Below are positions 1 through 16,100 of a DNA stretch of 64,000 nucleotides, in pieces (the stretch's first letter is position 1; every line of letters starts with the position of its first letter). The translations under genes were made by a program, and so were the position numbers. Below the pieces are notes generated by a model, which did not search any database, was not told the DNA's origin, and was given only the letters and a program-made list of their open reading frames with translations. The DNA is from Sphagnum compactum. Taxonomy: Eukaryota. Where the stretch lies: the NCBI GenBank assembly GCA_965153455.1, contig OZ234494.1, forward strand, positions 3,348,001 through 3,412,000, written 5' to 3'.

Positions 1-779
1 GTTTTGAAAGCAAATGGGTTGGAAATGTTTATATACATTGTTGAAATAAATTGAAGGTTCAAGAAGTTTTCTCGTTTTGAAAACAAAGTGGTTGAAAAAA
101 AGTTCTTCTATACATGTATTTTTTGTGAAGAGAAGATTGTGAGTTTTGAACACATGATGATGATTTTAAAAATATTTCAAAACTTAGCATGAGATAGCAA
201 AGGAAAGCCTAAATACAAAAGACAACTTTACAAATAATTTTAATACATTTGATATTGTGTTGTTGGCTTGGGTATATTAAAATTTGTATAAGGTCACCAC
301 CCATCCTTATGTGATGTACTATTTTAAGTTGAAGTGTGCATAATTTCAAATTTCTTATGGAACATTTAATTTAATTTTTAACAATGAATAATTTTTTTTA
401 GAAAAAACAAAAATCATTCTTAAAAAATGAGTAACTTTTGCTCCATTGGTTTAAAAATTGCAAGATGACAAATTGTGCACATTGTCTCAACAAGGATTTT
501 TAAACAATAATAATACCAAAAGCACAATCAATGAACCTTCATCATTTGGGGAGGTCACATTAATGGTCACATGGAAACTAAACAATATTTTATGTAATTT
601 AAATAATAATTTAAAATTTAATTTAATTTAAATAATTATTTTTATTTTTATTTTAAATTTAAATTAAATGAATTTATTTTTAATTAATTTAATTTAAATT
701 TGGAACTGGAAATGAAGAACCGCCCAACATTCTTTCTTAGTTCTTTACTCACAAATAAATACACCACATGGCGGGTCCC

Positions 780-1250
780 CGAAAGAATCGCCGGGCGACT
801 GTCCAGCGCAACGAGCGGGTCACCCAATGACTCCCCGGGCAACTGCAGCAAGGTAACGACCGCTGTCGTCGCCCAATGAATCCTCGGGCAAATGCACCAA
901 ACTTCACGACCGGGTCGCTCGCCCCGTGAATCTCCGGCCTCGTGAGCGAGTCACCTGCAGCGTAACGACTTGTGTCGCCCAATGAATCCTCGGCCGACTA
1001 CTGCAGCAGCAACGTAACGACCGGATCGGATCGCCCAATGAACCCTCGGGTCGAAACTGCGGCAGAGAGAGTAACGACCGGATCGGGTCGCCCAATGAAT
1101 CCTCGGGTCAAAACTGCAGCAGAGTGACGACCGACCGGGTCGCCCAATGAATCTTCAGGCAAATGCAGCAGCGTCACGATCGGGTCAGCCGAAGAATCTT
1201 CAGGCGATTCCAGCCACGTAACCGCCGGGTCACCCCATGAATCCCCGGCC
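780..1250. repeat. GC-rich degenerate tandem array (about 9 units of 50-60 bp) upstream of PECT1
   Basis: Core CGACCGGGTCGCCCAATGAATCCTCGGGCAAA(C)TGCAGC recurs, with CCCAATGA at about 822, 872, 978, 1034, 1091 and 1143 and variants near 922, 1189 and 1233. Confidence 0.85.
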
Positions 1251-1605
1251 GCGCTCGCGCTGGCTGCGGCGGCTCCCACCACTGCTCCTCGTGTGCTTGC
1301 GTGTTTGCAGCGTTGCCTCTCCCCCTCCCCCCTGCCGCGTCGCTTCCTTGCTGCTGTGCTTCCTTGTTCTCTTCTGAGATCGGTAGCAGCTGCTGTTGTT
1401 GCTGTTGCAGTTGTTGCTGTTTTTCTTTTGTTGTTTTGGTCAGTTTTGTTTTTGGGTCCTTTTGGAATAGAGTTCTTGAGTGCTTATGTGCAGTACTGAA
1501 TACCAGAATTGGCGTCATGGGCATTGTTATTCACAGCTTGTAGATTGCGGGATTGTTAATATTGTACCGAGTTTCGATTGGGTTTTGTTTGATTTTTTTT
1601 CTTAG

Positions 1606-5184
<3,579 letters not shown>

Positions 5185-6025
5185 GTCATAATGTCCTTGC
5201 TCCAGATGCAGTGCAATTCTAGAGTGATTTTTTTGGCGGATCACCGGATCTGATGTAAAATTTGATAGAGGTCTGTTTTTCTGGACATGATAGTTTAGTT
5301 TGTGGAGGGGGGGAATGTGAGTGTGAGCAGCAGCAGGAAGTTCTAGTGCACACACACCCCCATGACAGCAATGAATAGAACCTGGAGTAGGAGGGTGTTT
5401 CTATAATTGCAATTTATTTTTAGGGATTCATATGTATGTCGTTCTGGGCCATAAAAATCCATTATCGAGGCTCCACTTTTCTATGCACATAATTTGCATC
5501 CCATACGTTGAGCTTGCTCAAATACGATCTAATTCTCAGTGCTGAATTGAGTGTGTCTGTCCACCAGCGTGTTTAATTCTTCCCACTGTAGCTCTTGGAC
5601 ATTTGGGCTGAGTGATTAGGGTTACTAAGTTTACAAAAGAAACAACCTTTATTTTGGTTAGTTCTGTACTTTCTCAAGCATGAAGTGGGTAATTGTGTAC
5701 GGTTTACTCTCTTTGTAACAAACCATTTTTTTTTTCTCCTTGAGCCTTTTGTATGCTGGTCCCGCACGCTTGGAAACAAGCTTTTTCTTGTGGGTCACAT
5801 CATTGTGTTGTTGTCGTGGGTTAAGTCCAACCATCTCTAATAACCGAGTATGAAGAAAGAAGAAAACTAAAAACTACCAAGTTGAAAGTTACAATCTTAT
5901 ATGTCAATCAATATTTGGTATTCTCCTTGTACCAAGAAGTGAAGGCAAAAACAAAACATCTACCATACTTCCATGGAACACAATGTATTTTTCTCTCAAC
6001 ATCAAATATCATCTCCTTCACCATT

Positions 6026-6270
6026 AGTCCTCCTCCTAATCTCCAGTAAAACAAACAAGACAAAATGAGAGAATGAAAAACCCACGCAAGAGGAGAAAAA
6101 AATGAAGTCCTCCTCCTAATCTCCAATAAAACAAACAAGACAAAAATGAGAGAATGAAAAAGCCCACACAAGAGGAGAAAAAAATGAAGTCCTCCTCCTA
6201 ATCTCCAATAAAACAAACAAGACAAAAATGAGAGAATGTAAAACCCACACAAGAGGAGAGAGAAAATGAA
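6026..6270. repeat. Minisatellite, 3 units of about 81 bp
   Basis: AGTCCTCCTCCTAATCTCCA(G/A)TAAAACAAACAAGACAAAA..GAGAGAATG..CCCAC.CAAGAGGAGA starts at 6026, 6106 and 6188. Confidence 0.9.
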
Positions 6271-7502
6271 GAAATGATGGTATCCTCTCACCCACACAAG
6301 TTCCCCCATCATTTAGAAAACAAAAAAGCATGTCATCTTTTCTTACTTACAAAGTAGGTTTTTAGGGTTCTCAATGAAACCAAACCATGGGATCTAAATT
6401 AACTATAAATAAAATTCTAAAACAACATACATGTATAATTCCTCCTCTCAAGTGTTTATACGATTATAACAAGAATACAAAAACCCAATCAAACCCTTGG
6501 TTGCATCTTCCAAGAAACAAAGGAAAGTCCAAGTCCTTGGTTGCAATAATGGAAGGGATGGTCTAGGACTTGGGTGTATCTCTCAAAATATTGTGATGAT
6601 TGCACATGTAGAGTGCATGAAATCCAAATTGTTGTAATCATGGGAGTTGGATCACACAAGCCCACTTTGCATTACCTCCATGAAGTTTTAAACCACAATT
6701 GTCATCTTTTCGGTGCCAATCACATTTAGGTAATGAATTGTTTTTATCTTGTTCAAATTTGTTTTAGCTTGAATTGAATTGTGCCCATGGCCATGCATTT
6801 CTTTTAAGTTGCAAGGATTGGTGTGAGGACTAACTCTAATATATATATATATATAATTTTTTTTTTAATTTTTTCTTTTCTTAGCTTGGTTATGTGGGTT
6901 TAAACTATTGCAAGCTACCATGTTATTGCAATTGCACTAGTAATAATGGAGACACGTTTTCTTAGTGTTCAACATGAGTAAACCGCATTGTAAAATTTTA
7001 CAAGCCAAATTTGGTGTTGCCAACCTCTACATACACAAGTACCTAAATGATCACACCATAGTTCTAAGATTATGGATGACTATTAGGAACATTGTGTTTT
7101 CATTATTTTGGAGATAAAATTTTAGTGATGATGGTTAGATCAAAAATTGGTTTAAAGGGAATGACTATAAGTTCTTATACTATTTTGTCCTACCAAAAAT
7201 ATGTTTTGTTTTGGAATTTGCTTTGAGATGTCTTTTCAAATTTGTCTCTTTTGAAAACTATATATATATATATTTTTTTCTCAACACCATAATCATGAAA
7301 ATGATGAACAAATTTTCAATGTTTTTTTTTTGGTAGCAATTTGCATCTTATTTCAATCAAATTGAATTTGAATTGGGATTTAATCATATTGGAATTTGAT
7401 TCATTCGAATCAAGAATTTGAATTCAATGCGATGTCATTCAGTATTTTCATTCAAGTGAAACTTCATTTCCCAATTTATTTATTTTTCATCAAAAAGTAT
7501 CA

Positions 7503-7745
7503 TAAGGCAAAAGAAGAATTAGGGAAACTCGAATATTTCACCATGCAAAAATATAGTCTTCCAAAAATCCTCTAAAAGAAACCCAAATCCCTTCAAAGAT
7601 ATTATAACTCTATAACAACTAATCTCAAGTTTCAACACGAGCCAAAATATCATCTTTCCAAAAATCCTCATATAAAACTAGACCCATTATTACATAAGGG
7701 CCAAAATCCCTGAAGCTACTACAACACTCTACAACGAATCTGAGC
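7503..7745. repeat. Dispersed AT-rich repeat, copy 1 (non-autonomous element-like)
   Basis: Colinear similarity with 23697-23945 (TAAGGCAAAAGAAGAATT...CTCTAAAAGAAAC...AACTAATCTCAAGTTTCAACAC..AGCCAAAATAT). Confidence 0.8.
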
Positions 7746-7780
7746 ACAATATCCTTGCCTTGGTAGGCGAGGCCAATACG

Positions 7781-7830
7781 GGTTTTGGGTTTTAGGGTTT
7801 TTTAGGGTTTAGGGTTTATGCTAAAGGTTT
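7781..7830. repeat. Short degenerate interstitial telomere-type (TTTAGGG) tract
   Basis: GGGTTTTGGGTTTTAGGGTTTTTTAGGGTTTAGGGTTT. Confidence 0.8.
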
Positions 7831-7837
7831 ATGGAAG

Positions 7838-9062
7838 ACAGAAGGGTATAAGCTATCAGACAACAATTCCAAAGCTTTTAAAGGTGGTGTCACTACGGCT
7901 TCAATTCATGCACAAAGGACAACGTTTTCTTACAAGGAAGTAGTAGGCACTTGCTCAACCTGGCACTTGTACATCCATCGGGCCCAAGTTGGAACACCTG
8001 ACTGCAACCGCTTCACATGAGAAATCAGAAGAATTGATGTCTGAGAATGTGTTGCCAAAGGAGCAAACCTCAACTCCTCTCATGTCTGACTTGGAGAAGG
8101 GCAGGCAAGGTTTTGCACCTGAAGACGCTGAAGTTGCTGTTTCCAAAGAAGTCACTGAAGAGGCTACAATGACTCCTATCAGCACAGATCTGACAAAAGC
8201 ACAGCCTTTGCTGGACAACAGATCACTCTTTGGCCCTTCTTACCAGTTCTGAGGCAACGGCAGCAGCTCTGATAGTGGAGGCTTCAGACACAAATGTGAT
8301 GGCCACTTCAAATGATGACTCAGACACTTGCAGCTTGCATGAGTCAGATGAGGAGACTCTTGTGGCAGCTGAAATGAGAGAAAGTGCAGATGCGAAAGAT
8401 GAAGCAAAAGACTCTATGGCAGACAACAACAAACATACTGCTGCCAGTGATGATTGCAAGTCATCAGACTATAACACAATGCTTTCAGCAGAAGGTCCTT
8501 TCTTTCATCTTGATAATGCACCTGGATCAGTTTCCACCACTGTTGCAGTGACCCCTTTCAAGGATGGAAAGGGTCCTCCACTCAATGGGCTTCCAGTGAG
8601 TCTACCTCTATTGTCTGACAATGTTACAAACACAGTTGCAGTGACACCAATGCACAGATCCCTGCCACCTTTGGCTCCTCTCCCCCTGGTGAGATTCATG
8701 AGCCCACAAACATATTATGCCTCTGCACCAACCAGGCATGCCCATTGTGCCCATCTTTGTACCTCCTTACCATTTTAGATTGCCAATGCTTGATGGGTTA
8801 CAGACATCATCACTGCTGGAAATGGTCCACACATGGCTCCTGTACCTTTTGCACCATTTTGCAGTGTGCCCATAAACCTGAATGCAGAGGAATTTCATCC
8901 TGGTACATGTGGCAGCAATCTCAGAGTCCGCTGACATTCCCACCCATCCCTGCTTATTCTCCAATCCCAGAAATAGTAGCAGATACTGATGAAAACGTTT
9001 CACAGCAACAACATGCAGGTGCAGCAGCAGCAGCAGATACTGAGAAACAACTAGAGCAATGA
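7838..9062 (+). pseudogene. Frameshifted fragment of the C-terminal region of a TSS/REC (CLU-family TPR) gene
   Basis: TFSYKEV-ALAQPGT (restored by removing a 4-bp GTAG duplication at 7943-7946) resembles the SYKEVALAPPGT motif. Also LSAEGPFF, VAVTPFKD and a PAM2-like INLNAEEFHPG at about 8872-8904. Further frameshifts near 8228 and 8730-8810. No CLU/TPR part is present. Confidence 0.65.
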
Positions 9063-10122
9063 GAGTGCAAAAACAAGCAGCAATAAATAGTGCTCGTCTG
9101 AGGATCAGTCTTCCAATTTGAATAAAGGTCATTCAAAAAAAGGATTGCGTCAGAGAACATATTGCTTGGACCTAACTTCTTGATGAATGTGCAATCAAAG
9201 TACCTGGAGAAGATTTGTACATCTCTGTGCAAACTTGAGACCAGCACAACGATTCAGGGCACAAATTTGCATTTTACTTGCATGGCAGCATTTTAAAAGT
9301 GCTTGAAGAAGACCATGGCAGATGGAATGTTGGCCATCCATGTACCCTCTCCACAATTTCCCCCTACTTTGGGGGACTGTGATTTCTTGCCCACTCATTC
9401 TGCACATTCACCTAAACCCTAGGCATGTCTTGGGAGCAAGATTGGAACCTGTGAAACTTGTTGCCACGCGTCACAGAAGAACGTCGATGATGCTCACATG
9501 AATGTCCCCAGTTCTGCTTATCACTTTCCTGCTTATGCAACTCCATATGTGGCTAATAAGCTTCATAAGCAAAACCCCACATACAAGAGCTCATACATGA
9601 AGAAGACATCGACCTAAACCCTAAACCCTAAACCAAGACCGCACAGAATACCCTCATGAGAGCTTCCAGTTCCCTCATGAAAATAACTTTCAAAACTATG
9701 AGTGTGAGGCAAAACCTAAGAGAAGGAAAGATCACACGAGGATTCGCTTTCCAAGCTCCGGAGAAGAACCTGGATGGACTTCCGGAGAGCTTAGATAGAC
9801 CTGGTCTTCTGAAGCTACCAGATTGCCGCCACTGACCTCAAGCTGCACCTGGTTGTTGATGTGTGGAGAGAGAGAGAGAAGCTAGCTGTGGAGAGCGAGG
9901 CAAGGTCCCTAGAAACCCTAAACCCTAAACTCAGACACACACACACACACACACACACAAACTGCATGGAAGCCTTCCGGCGACGATGATTGTGCACGGA
10001 AGCAGAGGAAGGATGCGCGCGAGGGATAGACGCTCGATCACAAGAGTTTATCCGGGGACACACAACGTCTGTCTGACGAGGGTCTTTTTTATTGGGAGGT
10101 TTTTCAGCTGGAATTAGGAGCA

Positions 10123-13100
10123 ATGGCGATGGAGGACAGGAAATTCTCTGGAGCAATGACGATGGAAGACAGGAATTATCGTTTGCGTTTAGCGTTGCCT
10201 GAGCTCTCGCAGCCCTTCCTCGGGCACTGGCTTTCTCCTCTCCACCAGGACTCGTACCTTAACAACAAGCTTGACAATGCGGGATTTGACATGGACCGGC
10301 AATTTTCTAGCAGCTGGTTTTCTTCAGACCCTGGAGATACTCCATCCTATGCGTCTCCTGTTGAGAGTGAAGAGAGGAGATGTCGTGAAGATGTCAAGAG
10401 CGATTGCAAGGTCCAAGTTCCTGAGATTAGGGTTTCTGTTTCAGAAGCTGAAGGCAGGAAGAGGAATGGCTATGTGTTTCACAGGTAAAAATACTTCTGG
10501 ATGTGCACACTCTGTTGTTCTGAATTTCCAATTTCCAAGGTCTCGGTGTCTGGATAGGATTCAAGGTCTGTAAATGCATGCTTCATTGCAAAAAAAGTCT
10601 GATAATTGAATGTATGCCTCAGATATACAGATGAGTTTCTGGAGTTACAAGGTGATGGGAATGATTGTGTTCCAACAGAGGCGGAAGCTCAGCATGAGAA
10701 GATGGAGCAGAAGAAACAGGTTGTGGAAATGTGGCTACATGTGGGAAAAATGCCTGCAGGACAGCCAAAGCTGCGGCCGTGGGAGCTTTCACATGAGCTG
10801 GAACAGATGCTCCAGCAGATGGTGTTGCCTCAGGCTCTTGATGAGGTGCAGCTTGGAAAGCATGAATTGCTGAGTGGAGGGGCTCTTTTGGATGATGCAG
10901 CAGGCAACAAGGAGTTGAGAATTCCATTACAGCCAAGCTCCAGAGCCATCCTGGTAAGTCTTTATTCTAGTGAACTTCTAACAGTCAAGAAGAGCACATG
11001 ACTATCCTGAAATTTTGCTGGTGTTCTGCCTTGAAATCTGACTTCTTTTTTCTGGATCAATGGTGCTCACAGAGTTCTTAGGTTTGGCTCATTGTAGGAA
11101 AGAGACCTTGTCAGAGATGCTATTTATGCTCTCCAAGGCATCCCAACAGCTGTTGCCCATCTAGAGCACCTGGCTACAACATTCTCTGAAACCTCAGCAG
11201 ATCGAACCTCTCATAGCCTTCAAACTTTATGGTTGCGTTCGTCAAGCACAACAGCACTTGGGAAAGTGCTTGCAGAGTTTGCACAGGCTGGGCACCTTGC
11301 CTGCCAGCTTGAGGCTTTTGTCAGTTTTTTCTTGGATGAGGATCAACGGGACAGTGCCTTTCTGTTTCAAAAGGACAGCTTGGAAAAAAAATCATCCAGA
11401 ACCATGAGGAGAAAGAGAAAACGGCAGAATTTCAGGTCCAATGTGGAGCTCCAGCCTAAGTATGAAACCATCCAAGGGAATCAACCTGTGGATGGAGGTG
11501 GGACCTCACCTCACTGTCTTGTGAATCAAGCTTTTGCAGGAGCAGTAAGAACCATCATGCAGGGGAAGCTAGCATCCTTGAACACATTGGGAGCATCAGT
11601 TGTGGATCGTAGGCAAAACACAGTTTCTGGATGGGCAGGTGGAGAGTTTGTGCAGGTTTCGGAAGACACGGATCCAGGTCTTGTATTTGGATTTGGGTTG
11701 GGCGATATAACACTCCTGGAGTTATACCTGCATACAAGCAGACTAAGAGAACAATTCCAAGCCCTTGCTGCAGTTTGTATGATTGATGGTGGTATTTACT
11801 CTACTGGCAAGTATGATAATAGAGCTGATCCAGAACATGCGACAGAGAGAAGACATGGAGATGAGGGAGCATTGCCACCAGCTGCTGGCAATCAATGTAT
11901 TACTGTGGATTGCGCACCTAAGCCCTTTCCACGAGGAGCAGATTTGTTGACATATTTGTACGAAAAGCTTTCGGTATGCATGAATTCCCAACCAGAGCTG
12001 CACCCATCTCCCATAAAACAACAGACAATGTAAACTTCTGCATCTAACATGACAGTAATGACAAATTGGGAACATGTATGCAGGAGTCTGATCCTATTTC
12101 TTTGGAGCTATTACGGTTTCTGTTTGAGCGGGCATGCAGACCATATGCAGGATTCATCCAACTGTGGCTGTATCATGCCACAGTAGAAGATCCTTTTGAA
12201 GAGTTCATAGTGAAGTGTGCAGAAGGCAATGGCATGCTGCTTTCACCTCCTTCCACTGCTTCTGGACTAGTCAGTAAACAGACTTGTATGTCAACTTTCC
12301 AGGTATGTATGGAGGGAATGTGATGGAATAGTATTAACACCGTAGCAGTCTTTTTCCTTCAATCAAGAGAAGACATGGAATCAGAGTCTTGTAGTGGATT
12401 GCAGGTTCGCACTGGTGTATCAGTGCCTAGTTTCCTGGAAGCTGTGTGCACACCTCTTCTGCGAGCTGGTCAGCAACTTCAGGTGCTTTCAAAACTGCTA
12501 GAGACTCACCAGTTTGCTCCGCATGTGGCCAACTTTCCCCTTTTGCCCACGGGTGGGTCCCAACATCCGTCTTCATGTTCCTCTACCATTGGTTCCGAGT
12601 TTCTCAACGATGAAAGCTCTGTTTTGACTCCAATTCTCCACTTTAGCAAGCTGAAGCTGCAGCATGTTGTACAGCAGCGAGAGATCCGAAGGCAAGTCAT
12701 GATGGAGCGGTATGACCGTCTTTTTGCTGATCTTGCCCAATCATGCCTGCCTGGGGAACAGGGTGAGAAAGACAGATTGTGGCAAATTGTGCAATTTCCG
12801 ACTGTGCCAAAGAACAAGCTTTCTCAGAAAATCAGTGACAAAACAGAACAAAGCATTGACATGCTTTTGGACAGACCACTGAAATCTAAACAGAAAATGG
12901 ATGCCAGGATTCTGTAAGTGAGCTCTATCAACTGATACTGTAAGGCAGTGTTGAGAAACAGTTGATGCAAAAAGAGTTGTTCAATGAGCATGCTTGCTGT
13001 GCACTGCATGAACTAATGCGCAGTCACAGACAGGGATGGAGTTGGAACAATTGTATTAGAAAGGAAGGACTGCTCATTTTTTACTACTGTCTTGGAAAAC

Positions 13101-16100
13101 TTGGACATGGGTGTAGGTAAAGCATCCTCAAGAGAGCATGCATGGTGCCTTAGCTTGTCTGATTGTAGCTTTCTGAAGGAAAACTTATTGTCTCGTTCAG
13201 AGCTTCAGCTGCATTGAGGGTGGAGAAGCGAGCAGATGAAGATGTGCAGGCAGGCATCACTCAGGAAAATTCAGATATCATTTGTGTGAGTGTGGAAACG
13301 CCAAGAACATCATCAGCATCCCAGCATACAGAAAATAAAAAAACCTTGGTCCTGAGCATTGGTTTTCATGACAAGCTGTCCCATTGTTCTTATCCTGATG
13401 CCAGAGCATCATTGATATCTGATTTCCGAAGGGGCACAAGCTGGCCCCTATGTGGACTTCCATCCAATCCCTTTCTTCCCTCCAACAAAACTCATACTTC
13501 CACTCATGCTTACACTCATACTGTGTTCCATGACAAAGACCGGCATTGGGACATTGCCATGCATTGGGGAGATCCAATGCGCTTTTTTCCTTCTGAAAGC
13601 TCTCTGTTTGATGGAATGGAGGGGTTTGTAGAAGACAAGAGTGGTCCCATTTCATGCCATGGGGTTGCGACTGTCAGACCTGATTGGTTCACAAGATTAG
13701 AAGAGTCATTTCACTACCAGCTTTTTCGAGGCCTGGATGCACAGATTTTGCAAGAGCAATTTGGAAATCTGGGGTTTGAAAGTGACAGGGAGGATGTTGG
13801 GGATCACAATCCCTATTGCACTATGAGCAAAGACTGGGCAAATTATAGGTCCCCTGGAAGCTTAACTCCATTGCTTGAGAGAAATTCATGGAGACATTTA
13901 CAACCAAACCCAGGTAGGTCAATTCAATGACTATTGTTAGGACATGAAATGATTCCTCACTCTTGAAGTTCAGTTGATTGATTATTGATCAAGGCTACTG
14001 TTGCACAGACCCATGAATGCAACTTGGTTTTCAACCTCCTTACACTGTCCATGCACTCTTGGACTCATTTACCAATCTGCATCTGAACTGTCTGTAGAGT
14101 GGGAAGAAGTTGTGGAGAGTGCAGCTGTGGATGCTTATGAAAATTGCTATTTTGTCGAGGAGTGTGTTTCACCAAAAGGAGAGAATATCAAATTGATGAA
14201 CCCCCATGATGAGACAGATTCACTTGGAGGGTTGGGTGTTATTAATACTAGTGGGAAAAGTGTGGATCCATCCCTATTTGGTTTGCTCCAGAGTGGCAGA
14301 GACAGCTGTGGAAAGTCATGTGAGACAATTGCAGAATCTTTGGATACACTTTCTGCTCCCAAAGAGATAATGCCTTCTGAAGACAGTAAGTTGCTTGATT
14401 CAATGGATAATCATCATAAAACAACAAAATCAAGTGCGGAAACAGATACCATTGCATCAAGTGAAAGCATGGGAGCTGCCTCTGCTGGCTCAGGGGGCTC
14501 AGGAAGAGGTGCTAGCTGGCAGACTTACCTTGGTGCTGGCTCTAGAGAGCATGTAAGGCAGCTGCCTGAAATGCAATATGAAGCAGCCGCAGCATGTGAA
14601 GATGGAGATGACAGTGATGAAGAGATTCCATTGGTGGTTGTGGTTGACCAATGTCTAGTACAAGAAATATTGTCACAGTATCCTCTTTCAGCAACCCATC
14701 TTCTTGGTAGTGCCCAGTTTCCTTACTGTTGTGGGATACTGACCTGGACAGGGCCATGCTAAAATGGGATGATCCTCATAGGTTTGCAGCAGCTTTGAAT
14801 GAGAACACTATCGACATTTTTTATTAGCTAATGCTGGCTGGCATCATGACTGGGTCTTCCTATCACTTTCAGGAATCCGACAGAAACTCAGGTTGCAGGT
14901 GCCTGTATAATTGTCTGCCCCATGTTTGAGCAGATTAGTACATACTTTTCTGCACCCACTGTCAGGAGCTGACAAAACCAGTGGGGAGTAATGGCAGCTA
15001 ATCACAGCAATTCATGATGAAGGTGATGGTTTGATATGTTATGAGTAACACTCACAAGGTTATTGCATTCATTGTTGTCCTGTCTGTTTTGGTTTGGCCA
15101 CAACCCTCACAGCATCTGTTCAGTTTCAATGTTCCTTTGTTTCCTAATTTCTTAACCTACACCAGATATCAACTTGTGAGTATGTTTACAGTTCGGCTGT
15201 TCCAAGAAGGATTGTGTCTCCAAAACCACTATGCTGCTCTGAGGCGTTACTATTTCATGGAAAGAGGGGACTGGGCTGAGTATTTCTTGACTGCCCTTTG
15301 CCAGCATGTGAGTTCTGAATAGTCCTTTCCAGATCTCTCTTTGGGAAGCAGAAAATTTCATTTTAGTTGCCCATTATCTGGCCAGATCTCTAGCTAATGT
15401 CAAGAAACTGAGGCATCTGGAAGCTGGGTTCTCTTCCCCTGGAATTTCAATGTATTTTAAGATTCATGCCACAAAGGAATGAGGGACATTTTATCAGTGT
15501 TAGGCTAAATTATGTACTTGGTTTGCCAGGAATGGGGCCATACAGGAGGTCAGCCTCGTCTTTTGGAGGTGCAGGCCATGCTCGAGACTGCGTTGCAGTC
15601 TTCTTCATGTGAGGGGGATGAGTATGCAGAGAGACTTTATGTGGTTATCCATGATGCATTTGAAGCTAATCCATCATCCTTGCATAAGTCACATCCCCAG
15701 TTCAGCCACAGATCACGAGTTCCTGGCCCATTTGTTAGTCGCAATTGTGAGTGTGACTGTCCACCATTTTCCATTATGCATCGTGTTGCTATATATGTTT
15801 TCAACAAAGTCCTGCTGGAGCTTGACAGGGATCCTGTTTGTTGCTTATTATCTTGATTAGAATTGTGCAATTGGGCCCCATCTCCTTCCTGCCAGCTCCA
15901 CCCCTTAATCTTTGACATGTATCAGATTCAATGCTTGCAAGATGTGTATATACACCAACATGGAATTGACAGGTCTGAGGGCTTTCAGCTAAATCTCTTT
16001 TTGTTCCAAACTGAGAAATGTGAACGGTGTCATGATTATGTGTATGTCAGGTCTTGGTGCATTCGACTGTTTCAAATTGGGTTACAAGGTGGACTGGCCA

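Noticed and set aside
780-1250. CRISPR-like appearance of the repeat array
   Set aside because: The intervening sequences are homologous to each other rather than unique spacers, there are no cas genes, and the context is eukaryotic
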